64,000 bases of DNA from Promethearchaeota archaeon (GCA_048939995.1 JBHLOY010000002.1:288001-352000), one strand, 5' to 3'; counted from the first letter of the stretch, positions 40,024 to 48,724 are shown. Translations and numbers: made by a program. Notes: a model not told the origin generated them from the letters alone.

Positions 40024-42708
40024 TCATGGAATTCTTGGAAAGAAAATGGAAAATGTTGTTCCATTTCCATATTCGCTTTCTACATATACTTTTCCTTGAT
40101 GAAGTTGGATCAATTCTTTTGCTATTGTTAATCCAAGCCCTGTTCCTGGGATATCTTTGACTGATCTGGCTCGATAAAACCTATTAAAAATAAAAGGAAG
40201 GTCTTCTTCATGAATTCCCATTCCATAATCTATAATTTGAAATAAAATTCCATCAATCCCTTCAGGATTAAATTGTCCAGTGTAGTGATCAACAGCTTTA
40301 ATTATTATTTTGGATTCCTTTTCAGAGTATTTCCAGGCATTATCTATAAATATTCTGAAAATCTGCTTAATATGATTGAGATCCCCATTTATCCGTAGAT
40401 CTTTTTTTAAATCTAATTCAACTATAATATTTTTCGATTTAATGTTTAGATCCATTAAATCAAGAACTTCGGAGATAAGCTCAAAAGGAGAATAAACCTC
40501 TAAATTTAAGAGCATTTTTTTCTCATCTATCCTTGATAACATTAAAAGATCATTTACTAATTCATTAAGCAAATTAACATTTCTCATAATTCCCCGCATC
40601 AAATTATATTCTTGCTCATTTGTTATATTTTCACGATATTTATTTAAGTAATTTAATGACATCAATAAAACAGCTATAGGATTCCGCAATTCATGCGAGA
40701 CAGTAGATACAAATTGTTCTAACTTTTGCTCAGCTTGTTTATGCTCAATAAAACGGCTAATAATTTCAGCAATCGTACGGGTTAACTCCTCTTCTTCTTT
40801 TAAAAAGAGTGAGTTATTATCATGTAAATAAATTTCAATTGAACCTAAATTTTTATCATATACTTTAATATCTGCCTTGATATTCCATTGAGTGAGCATA
40901 AAATTTTTAGCTGTAAATTCGTTTCCATCAAATAAGATCCTTGCATATGTCTTTTCTGGAAACTGAAACGCTGAGGGGAGAATTTCTAGAATTTCATTGA
41001 ATAGATCAGATTCTTCTTTTTCAAATTCTGAAGCAAAACCTGAAGTTTGATATAAGCATGTAAACTCTTTTACTCTTTCTTTCAATTCACTTTCGCTTTT
41101 AGTTAAAGCTCTTTCGAATTTTTTTCGTAACGTAATATTTGAGATAATTCCATCATATCGAATAATATTGCCTTTTTCATCCTCAATTGGGACTCCTTGA
41201 TCTCTTAAATAAAATACTTCACCTGTATCATTGTGAACAACCCGATATTCTAAATCATATCCTATTTTTAAAGAAATATTTTCATGAATTTGATTCTTGA
41301 TTTTATCTCGATCCTCAGGATGGATAACTTTTAACCACAGATTCTCATCATCATAATGCTCTTTTGGTGTTATACCCGTCCAGACTTTCCATAAGTCTGA
41401 GATAAAGATTACAGTTCTTTTTTCATTTGATAAAGTTGAATAAATTACGTTAGGTATATTCTCAACTAAGTTACGATACTTTTTTTCGCTATTTATAAGG
41501 GCCAATTCTGCTTTTTTATGTTCTGTTATATCTGATATAAAAGCGATTGCACCATCGTATTCTAGTTTTTCATCAAGAAGAGGTGCTGTTTCTAATCTAG
41601 TATAGACTTTGTTACCATTTTTATGTAAAAATTCAAATTCATGCTGTTCTTTAATGCCTTCCTCCCTCCTTTTCAAATATTTCTTAGACTTTTCAACATT
41701 TTCCTTATCCATAAAAGCAAATAGATGTTTTCCTATCATTTCTTGTTCAGAGTAACCCAAAATTTCCGTCATTCTTTTATTAACGTAAGTAGTATATGCA
41801 TTTTTATCGATTGCCCAAATACCTTCATGGGCACTCTCTACAAATAATCTATACTTTTCTTCGCTTTCCTTAATCTTAAGGAAAGAATCTTCAAGGGCAA
41901 TTGTTTTAGAAAGAAGCCTTTTTTCACTTAATTTTAATTTCCGGTATAAAAGATCAATTGGATTTCGCAAACCTATACTAATAATAGCTTTATATAAGAG
42001 GAAAAATGCTGGAATTTTTAAAATGTGACCAATTAAGTTGGAAATATCAAAAGCGGAAATATAGAAAGTAAAAGCTAATTCTGATACAATTGTTAATATT
42101 ATTGAGAATATTAATAAAATAAAAATATTAAAATCGAAAATTAATCGATTCCTATACATTATAAGAAGTGTTATTACCAAAATAATATCAATAATATACT
42201 CACTAATTACTTTAAACGGGGTTAATCCACTCCCTTCAATGTAACAAACTGGAAATAACCTTAAAAAAATTAATATAATTAATATTGCGGTATAAAAGGT
42301 AAATCCAAGCAGATAATACTTCGCATTGACTTTTTTATTTAGTACTAAAGAAGCTATTAAAAGCGATATTGATTGCAAATACCGAGCTGCTATCCATAAT
42401 TGAGCAGGAAGATTAGTATCATATCCAATAAAAATATTCATCCCAGGATAGGCTAATGTGTGGATTAAATCAATAAATCCTATAAAAATAAAAGATAGTC
42501 CAACAACTAAAAAGAAATTGTTATCAATATGTTCCCTGGAATTATATAAAATTGCAAAGATAGTGACCTTTATTACGATGCTAAACAATTCAGCAAGATT
42601 ATGAAAAAGCAAATAACTGTAAAAATTTGTTAAATATATTAAAATAAGTATTAAGACAAAAATGTAATAATCAATGTGATAATTCTTCCTTGTTTGTTGA
42701 TCACTCAT
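40024..42708 (-). CDS. Membrane sensor histidine kinase (MASE3-PAS-PAS-HisKA-HATPase)
   Basis: MASE3 signature (YLLFHNLAELFSI, DLIHTLAYPGM, NLPAQLWIAAR), two PAS domains, SHELRNP, DNAWKY, DYGMG, GTGLGL. Confidence 0.92.
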   Translation of the reverse strand: MSDQQTRKNYHIDYYIFVLILILIYLTNFYSYLLFHNLAELFSIVIKVTIFAILYNSREHIDNNFFLVVGLSFIFIGFIDLIHTLAYPGMNIFIGYDTNLPAQLWIAARYLQSISLLIASLVLNKKVNAKYYLLGFTFYTAILIILIFLRLFPVCYIEGSGLTPFKVISEYIIDIILVITLLIMYRNRLIFDFNIFILLIFSIILTIVSELAFTFYISAFDISNLIGHILKIPAFFLLYKAIISIGLRNPIDLLYRKLKLSEKRLLSKTIALEDSFLKIKESEEKYRLFVESAHEGIWAIDKNAYTTYVNKRMTEILGYSEQEMIGKHLFAFMDKENVEKSKKYLKRREEGIKEQHEFEFLHKNGNKVYTRLETAPLLDEKLEYDGAIAFISDITEHKKAELALINSEKKYRNLVENIPNVIYSTLSNEKRTVIFISDLWKVWTGITPKEHYDDENLWLKVIHPEDRDKIKNQIHENISLKIGYDLEYRVVHNDTGEVFYLRDQGVPIEDEKGNIIRYDGIISNITLRKKFERALTKSESELKERVKEFTCLYQTSGFASEFEKEESDLFNEILEILPSAFQFPEKTYARILFDGNEFTAKNFMLTQWNIKADIKVYDKNLGSIEIYLHDNNSLFLKEEEELTRTIAEIISRFIEHKQAEQKLEQFVSTVSHELRNPIAVLLMSLNYLNKYRENITNEQEYNLMRGIMRNVNLLNELVNDLLMLSRIDEKKMLLNLEVYSPFELISEVLDLMDLNIKSKNIIVELDLKKDLRINGDLNHIKQIFRIFIDNAWKYSEKESKIIIKAVDHYTGQFNPEGIDGILFQIIDYGMGIHEEDLPFIFNRFYRARSVKDIPGTGLGLTIAKELIQLHQGKVYVESEYGNGTTFSIFFPRIP

Positions 42709-42767
42709 ATTAATCCTAAAGGAATTAGAACAATACTGATTTTTGCATTAAAATAATTTCTAAATTT

Positions 42768-43307
42768 TTAAATATTTGCTCTTTCGAAAACAGTGTAAAT
42801 TGTTGTTTTATAAATTTCATCCCAAAATTTAGTAGGAATAATTTCTTTTATCTTTGCAATTAATTCTCCTATTAATGTATCAGTAATTTCAGGTTTAACT
42901 TCTTTTAAATTAGGATCACTTTTATGTAAAAAAATTGAAAATTTAATTTGATCTTTCTCACCGCTAATTTTATTAAATATTCTCTTTAAATAATCTAGCG
43001 CTATATCATATCTCTCTGGGTCTTGTATATCTATAACATATATTAGTTTATCAGTCTCTTTAAAATTATCTTTAAAATCTTGCAGATGTTTCATTCTATA
43101 TTGTTCTTGGCCCCCAAAATCCCAAATATTAAAATATTCATCATTTAAAGTCAAATTTGAGGTTTCAATTCCTCGTGTTGGATTAGAAGTTTTTAATGAC
43201 ATTAAGTTCATTCCCTTTAAGCTTAACACTATGGAAGTTTTTCCACCATTATCTAAACCAACAAAAATGATTTTTTTTGCAGTCAAATTTACATTTTTTT
43301 TTGGCAT
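42768..43307 (-). CDS. Small GTPase of Arf/Rag-like type (G domain only)
   Basis: G1 GLDNGGKTS, G2 PTRG, G3 WDFGGQ, IYVID, G4 HKSD, G5-like TTIY. Confidence 0.92.
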   Translation of the reverse strand: MPKKNVNLTAKKIIFVGLDNGGKTSIVLSLKGMNLMSLKTSNPTRGIETSNLTLNDEYFNIWDFGGQEQYRMKHLQDFKDNFKETDKLIYVIDIQDPERYDIALDYLKRIFNKISGEKDQIKFSIFLHKSDPNLKEVKPEITDTLIGELIAKIKEIIPTKFWDEIYKTTIYTVFERANI

Positions 43308-43342
43308 TAAAATACCTTTTTACAATACTCCTGTTAAACAAG

Positions 43343-43690
43343 TTAGGATAATATATCATACATTTCTCTTTTTTTTCGCTCTAAAAATTCTTTATTATTA
43401 GAGTTTTCGATGAAAGTTTTCATTTGAGATAATAATTTAAAGATATCTTTGTTTTTAATCCCATAATAATTAATATTCTTTTTGTTAATTTCTCTAATAT
43501 CAGATTCTACTAAATTAAATTCAATTAAAGTGTTTAAATGATGAGAAATTGTTGATTGCTTTTTTCCTAATAATTCTTCAATTTGTTTGGAAGTTTTTTG
43601 GTTACCTTTTAATTGTTCTAATATGTTTAAGCGAGTTTCATCACATAGTAGTTTTAAAAATTTAATTAGTTGCAGATTCGTTTCAGACAT
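43343..43690 (-). CDS. ArsR/SmtB-family transcriptional regulator
   Basis: LKLLCDETRLNILEQL...QSTISHHLNTL..LV winged-helix pattern. Confidence 0.88.
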   Translation of the reverse strand: MSETNLQLIKFLKLLCDETRLNILEQLKGNQKTSKQIEELLGKKQSTISHHLNTLIEFNLVESDIREINKKNINYYGIKNKDIFKLLSQMKTFIENSNNKEFLERKKREMYDILS

Positions 43691-43788
43691 CCTAATTCCT
43701 CCTAACTCTATTAATAAAGTTAATCGTAATGGTGGTTTTTAATTATTCTTATTATAACTTATTTATCTTTATAAATAAATATCCGTCA

Positions 43789-43835
43789 ACCGAAATATTT
43801 AAATATCGGCATATCAACATATATCAATATACATA
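43789..43835. promoter_or_regulatory. Candidate operator/promoter between divergent ArsR and Lrp genes
   Basis: CCGA-AATATTTAAATA-TCGG inverted repeat followed by an imperfect ATATCAACATATATCAATAT palindrome reminiscent of ArsR-type operators. Confidence 0.35.
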
Positions 43836-43871
43836 AAATAATTATATAACAAAATATTAGAGGGTCAAAAA

Positions 43872-44399
43872 ATGGCAACAGAACTATTTGAAATTGATGA
43901 TATTGATAAAAATATTATCCAATTAATCCAACAAGAACCCACGCTTACACATACAGAGATTGCTAAAAAAGTTAATCGTTCTCAACCAACAATTGGAATG
44001 CGGATAAGGAAATTGGAAGAAAATGGAATATTAAAGTTTCAAGCAGGAATTAACGTGAGAACAACTGATTTATTTCTTGCTCGAGCAGAAATTCAAGCAT
44101 TAAATACTTCTGAGATTATAAATTTGGTAAAAAAATGCCCTTATATGTTGAATGCATTTAGATTAAGTGGGTCTTCGAATATTAGTGTATTAATGGCGAG
44201 CCCTAGATTAGATCGCTTAGATCATATCGTAAATCACCATTTTAGAAAAAATCCAAATGTTATTTCAGTGTATATTGATGTAATTACTGAGATTGTTGAA
44301 GATTTTGTATTAAATTTTGATTTTGATTTTGATAAATGTGGTATAACAAAAGAAGGGCTCTGCTGTGAAAAATGTTTAAATAAAGTTTGTAAAAAATAG
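43872..44399 (+). CDS. Lrp/AsnC transcriptional regulator with a Cys-rich C-terminal tail
   Basis: IDDIDKNII..HTEIAKKVNRSQPTIGMRIRKLEENGIL HTH; tail CGITKEGLCCEKCLNKVC. Confidence 0.9.
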   Translation: MATELFEIDDIDKNIIQLIQQEPTLTHTEIAKKVNRSQPTIGMRIRKLEENGILKFQAGINVRTTDLFLARAEIQALNTSEIINLVKKCPYMLNAFRLSGSSNISVLMASPRLDRLDHIVNHHFRKNPNVISVYIDVITEIVEDFVLNFDFDFDKCGITKEGLCCEKCLNKVCKK

Positions 44400-44634
44400 G
44401 TTTTTTCTTAATTAGTTTATTCTAAAATATCTATTTTCATGATTTTTCTCTATATTATAAAAAGAAAATTTTTAGATTAAATTGAAATATTAATTAATAT
44501 AGTTTAAGATCAAGAGTTAATAAAAAGAAAAATAATAAAATTAAATAATTGATTATAAAAAACCATCTAGGAGAATTCCTCTTCCAACTCTAGAATTGGG
44601 CTAAATTAAGGGGATAAAACTAAGATTATGTCAC

Positions 44635-44737
44635 GCCAGTGTATCCGAGGAGTTAAGGAGGCGGCCTGCAGAGCCGTTATTCATGGGTGCAAAAGATTCT
44701 AGGAGGTCCCTTTAATCTACAATTCCCATCACTGGCT
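44635..44737 (+). tRNA. tRNA-Cys(GCA) with a 30-nt intron in the T-loop (position 59/60, 44694-44723)
   Basis: Acceptor GCCAGTG/CACTGGC with U73; D-stem TCC/GGA; anticodon arm GCGGC-CTGCAGA-GCCGT; T-stem ATGGG/CCCAT enclosing 37 nt that form a bulge-helix-bulge. CCA is not encoded. Confidence 0.9.
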
Positions 44738-44760
44738 TCCTTTTTTTAAGGTGATTAATT

Positions 44761-46203
44761 ATGAAAATTTATAATAGTTTAACATTTGCAAAGGAAGAGT
44801 TCAAAACCATTGAACCGAATAAAGTAAAGATATACGTCTGTGGTCCCACAGTCTACGATAGTCCACATTTGGGTCATGCTAAATCAGCTGTAGCATTCGA
44901 TATAATACATCGATATTTTAAATATAAGAATTTTGAGGTCAATATTGTCAAGAATTATACAGATATAGATGATAAAATTATCAAACGAGCCAATGAACTA
45001 AACGCAGATTATCAAGATTTAGCTAAAAAGTATATTAAAGAGTACCAAGAAGTTACTAAAGCTTTGAACATTGAAAAGGAGACTAAAAATCCACGTGCGA
45101 CTGAAGTAATTCCTTTTATAATTGAGTTCATTAAAGAATTGATTAGAAAGGGACATGCCTATGAAAATAATGGATCTGTCTATTTCTCCGTTAAAAGCTT
45201 CCCTAGATACGATTCAATTTTACAAAATGTAAAAGACAATATAGTTCAAGAAGAAGATGAGGATTATATTGATGATCAAGATACTGCATTTGGTGAAGAT
45301 AAATTAGATACTAGAGATTTTGCATTATGGAAAAAAGCAAAGGAAGGTGAGCCTTTCTGGGAAAGTCCATGGGGTAGAGGTCGACCTGGATGGCATATCG
45401 AATGCTCTGCAATGATTTTAAACTTCTTAGGTGAGACTATTGATATACATGGAGGAGGACAAGATTTAAAGTTCCCACATCATCGAAATGAAATCGCTCA
45501 ATCAGAGTCATATACTGGGAAACCTTTCGTGAATTACTTTATACATAATGGATTTGTCAATATCGATGATGAGAAGATGTCCAAAAGTCAAGGTAATTAT
45601 TTCTTAGTATCAGAAATTTTAAAAGATTATGATCCTATGGTAATCCGATTGTTCCTTATCTCAAGTCATTATCGTAGTTCAATAAATTATACACTTGATA
45701 ATATAGAACAAGCAAGAAAGAACTATAATAGATTAATTAATACAATAAAAAAAGTAAGGGGAGCTGAAATAACACAAAAACTGACTGAGGATAATTTAGT
45801 CATTAAAATTAGTGATACTAAAGAAAGTATCATCAATGCAATGGATGACGATTTTGACACGCCTACTGCATTGGCTGAATTATTCACTCTCTTTAGAGAG
45901 GTGAATAAGGTAATACTTGAGGAAAAAGTTAAAACTTCACCTGAATTTCATAAAAAATTCTTCGAATTCATTAAATTTATAGATCAAATTCTTGGAATTT
46001 TTCCTAACTTAGAACAAAAGTTAGAGAATTTCCCAATTGAAGGTGTTGATGAAAGTGATAAACTTATTAAAAATCTTATTGACCTCCTCGATGAAATTAG
46101 GACAAGGCTGAGAGAAAGAAAGCAATTTGACATTAGCGATTACATAAGAGACAAATTAAACGAGTTTGGAATAAAAGTTGAAGATAAAGCATTAAATCAA
46201 TAA
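44761..46203 (+). CDS. cysS: Cysteinyl-tRNA synthetase
   Basis: YVCGPTVYD..HLGH, DFALWK, GRPGWHIECSAM, DIHGGGQDLKFPHH, KMSKS. Confidence 0.97.
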   Translation: MKIYNSLTFAKEEFKTIEPNKVKIYVCGPTVYDSPHLGHAKSAVAFDIIHRYFKYKNFEVNIVKNYTDIDDKIIKRANELNADYQDLAKKYIKEYQEVTKALNIEKETKNPRATEVIPFIIEFIKELIRKGHAYENNGSVYFSVKSFPRYDSILQNVKDNIVQEEDEDYIDDQDTAFGEDKLDTRDFALWKKAKEGEPFWESPWGRGRPGWHIECSAMILNFLGETIDIHGGGQDLKFPHHRNEIAQSESYTGKPFVNYFIHNGFVNIDDEKMSKSQGNYFLVSEILKDYDPMVIRLFLISSHYRSSINYTLDNIEQARKNYNRLINTIKKVRGAEITQKLTEDNLVIKISDTKESIINAMDDDFDTPTALAELFTLFREVNKVILEEKVKTSPEFHKKFFEFIKFIDQILGIFPNLEQKLENFPIEGVDESDKLIKNLIDLLDEIRTRLRERKQFDISDYIRDKLNEFGIKVEDKALNQ

Positions 46204-46223
46204 AAAGTAGTATAAAAGGAAAG

Positions 46224-46307
46224 TCGATTCAATCAAATTTAAATAATTAGGAAAGATTATTAGTGTTTTATACACTAGCGAAATCAAACGTTCGATTAAA
46301 TCAAATT
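46224..46307. repeat. 16-bp direct repeat flanking a small hairpin; candidate regulator sites
   Basis: TCGATTCAATCAAATT (46224-46239) and TCGATTAAATCAAATT (46292-46307), with TAGTGT-TTTAT-ACACTA between them. Confidence 0.45.
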
Positions 46308-46414
46308 CCTTTTGCTAAACTAATTTAAATTTGTATATATAGATAAATGCCATTATTGCATTCTATTTTATAAAAATTAAAAATTTCTAATATCATAGAT
46401 TTTAGTAAGAGAGA

Positions 46415-47440
46415 TTGAGGATGAATTATAAAAAAGAAAGTGACGTATTAGGAATAGGATTAATTTCCGGGGGTTTGGACAGTTTAATTGCTTCATTAAT
46501 ACTTAAACTTCAAGATGTAGAAATCATAGGTCTTAACTTTAAATCTCCCTTTTGTATATGCGACAAAGCTCTAAAGAATGCTGAATGTGGTTTAAACCTC
46601 TATTATGAAAAATTAGGGATCAGGCTTTTTCACATTCAAAAAGAAGATGATTATTTAGAGATTATCCGTAATCCTAAATTTGGATATGGAAGAAACTTAA
46701 ATCCTTGTATTGATTGTAGGATTTACATACTCAAAAAAGCAAAAGAATTTATGTATAACACCAATGCTGATTTTGTATTTACAGGAGAAGTGCTAAACCA
46801 AAGACCCAAATCTCAAAATCTAAAAGCTTTAAATATAATTGAAAAAGAAGCTGGACTTGAAGGACAATTGTTGAGACCCTTATCTGCTTTATTATTAAAA
46901 CCTTCAAAAATAGAAGAAAATGGCTTGATTGACAGATCCAAGTTATTAGGAATAAAAGGTAGGAGTAGAAAAATTCAACTCGAATTAGCTAGGAAAAATG
47001 ATCTTTTAAAAGAATATTATGCATGTGGAGGTTGTTTATTAACTGATCAACAATTTTCAAGAAGAATGAGGGATTATCTTGAATTTAATACTAATTTATC
47101 GATGAAAGACATAAGTTTTCTAAAATTTGGGCGGCATTTTCGATATAATAATTCTAAGATAATTATAGGTAGAAATAGATTTGAGAATGAAATGTTAGTT
47201 CAAATAAGAAATACGAATGATATAATAATGGAGGTAAAAGATGTACCTGGACCAATTACTCTTATTCAGGGAAAATTTAATAAAGAATCTATTCATATGG
47301 CTGCTCAACTCACTTTAAGATATTCAGATGCTAAAGGGAATAATGGATCCATAATTTATGGAAATCATCCCGATAAATTAGACAAATTAATGACAGTCAA
47401 AAAAGTAAATGATAACTCTCTCAAAACTTATTTAATATAA
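46415..47440 (+). CDS. PP-loop tRNA thiouridylase-like protein (ThiI/MnmA-related) with C-terminal DUF814/NFACT-R-like domain
   Basis: ISGGLDS PP-loop, NPCIDCR, TGEVLNQRPKSQ, LLRPLSA, CGGCLLTD, GRHFR...IIGRN..EN. Confidence 0.85.
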   Translation: MRMNYKKESDVLGIGLISGGLDSLIASLILKLQDVEIIGLNFKSPFCICDKALKNAECGLNLYYEKLGIRLFHIQKEDDYLEIIRNPKFGYGRNLNPCIDCRIYILKKAKEFMYNTNADFVFTGEVLNQRPKSQNLKALNIIEKEAGLEGQLLRPLSALLLKPSKIEENGLIDRSKLLGIKGRSRKIQLELARKNDLLKEYYACGGCLLTDQQFSRRMRDYLEFNTNLSMKDISFLKFGRHFRYNNSKIIIGRNRFENEMLVQIRNTNDIIMEVKDVPGPITLIQGKFNKESIHMAAQLTLRYSDAKGNNGSIIYGNHPDKLDKLMTVKKVNDNSLKTYLI

Positions 47441-47446
47441 CTTAAA

Positions 47447-47986
47447 TTAAGATTCCATTTTCTTATATTCACAATATTTACAATTAGTACTACACCCATC
47501 TTCTAAATTTGGGAACATAAGTTCAGAATCAGTATCAATGGGTAAAACAAAATTTTTTACTGTGTCAGTTATAAATTCCAGCAAAATTTCATGAACATTA
47601 CTATTATCCCTAAAATGTTGATCAACAACATTATTTAGCTTCTTAATATCAGTATTTGCTATTAAAATGGACAAATTATACTTTCCACTTAATCTAAAAG
47701 CATTAAGCATAAATGGGCAATGATTTACCATATCTACAATTTCCTCAGGATTTTTAGTATTTAAATTTACAAATGCTAATTGAATTCCTATCTTTTTAAA
47801 ATTTAATCCTGCTTGTAGCTGCAAAATTCCTTTTTCTTTAAGTTTTCTTAATCTAGTCCCTACAGTTGGTTGACTACGATTAACAATTTCTGCAATTTGA
47901 TAATGAGTTAAATTTGGATCTTCTTGCAATAATGATATTAGTTTTAAATCAATTTTATCTAACTTTAATTTTTTATCATTCAACAT
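47447..47986 (-). CDS. Lrp/AsnC transcriptional regulator with a Cys-rich tail (paralogue of 43872)
   Basis: LDKIDLKLI..NRSQPTVGTRLRKL HTH, CPFMLNAFRLSG shared with 43872, tail GCSTNCKYC. Confidence 0.9.
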   Translation of the reverse strand: MLNDKKLKLDKIDLKLISLLQEDPNLTHYQIAEIVNRSQPTVGTRLRKLKEKGILQLQAGLNFKKIGIQLAFVNLNTKNPEEIVDMVNHCPFMLNAFRLSGKYNLSILIANTDIKKLNNVVDQHFRDNSNVHEILLEFITDTVKNFVLPIDTDSELMFPNLEDGCSTNCKYCEYKKMES

Positions 47987-48106
47987 GTGTTATCCCTCTT
48001 AACTTCTTTTAATCTTAAAGAAGTTTTTTGAAACTTTTATATTATAAATCTAATTCTCTCATACTTTTTAATTAGAAAATTATTCCAAAATAAAAGATTA
48101 AGTGCA

Positions 48107-48242
48107 ATTTTGTCACATAATTTAATCCTTTCTATCTCTAACCAGCTGATGAAATAAATGTTGTGACAAAATATTAGTCGCTTTTTAATAAATTAGTTTC
48201 AAATTGAAACTATAATTTAATATTGATTGCAAATCGAAACTA
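48107..48242. promoter_or_regulatory. Inverted repeat/hairpin plus tandem palindromic operator candidates
   Basis: ATTTTGTCACA (48107-17) and TGTGACAAAAT (48162-72); TAGTTTC-AAATT-GAAACTA (48194-212) with a 15/19 copy at 48224-42. Confidence 0.5.
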
Positions 48243-48356
48243 GGATTAGAAGAATCGTTTAAGTAAGCCACTATTCAAAATACTTATTAAAGAGAAATGA
48301 GTATATTAAATTGAAGAGTTTAGTTCAAATAATTAATTTCTTGAAAGGAAAATTAA

Positions 48357-48614
48357 ATGATTGTGGAAGATAAATATTCAGTTTCTAGTTACGAAGAAAA
48401 GAATAACCTATATTCTTTATCACCATCAAGTAAATTTATATTATACATATTAAAACAACGGGGTCCTTTAAGCCAAATAGAAATATTAAAAAAGAGTCTT
48501 CTTCCTAAACGCACAGTTGCTTACGCATTAAAGAAGTTACAAGAATATGATTTTATAGAACGATTTAAAGCTCCCTTCGATAAAAGAATAAGCATCTTTA
48601 AAATAAAAATTTAA
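48357..48614 (+). CDS. Small winged-helix (MarR/TrmB-like) DNA-binding protein
   Basis: LSPSSKFILYILKQRGPLSQIEI...LPKRTVAYALKKL...DKR. Confidence 0.85.
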   Translation: MIVEDKYSVSSYEEKNNLYSLSPSSKFILYILKQRGPLSQIEILKKSLLPKRTVAYALKKLQEYDFIERFKAPFDKRISIFKIKI

Positions 48615-48724
48615 AATTTTAAGTTTTTCCTAAAAAAACCTTTTAGATATAAAAATTATTTTTATAAATCTTATTGGTTTAAAAATTATTTAATTAAAAT
48701 TTGAACCTTTCTTAAAGAGAAATA

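Noticed and set aside
48140-48215. Hammerhead ribozyme (CTGATGA ... GAAAC)
   Set aside because: No credible stems I-III can be built around the core motifs.
48194-48242. CRISPR-like repeat (GTTTC...ATTGAAAC ends)
   Set aside because: Only two short (~19 bp) copies 30 bp apart, no spacer-length unique sequence and no cas genes; fits an operator better.
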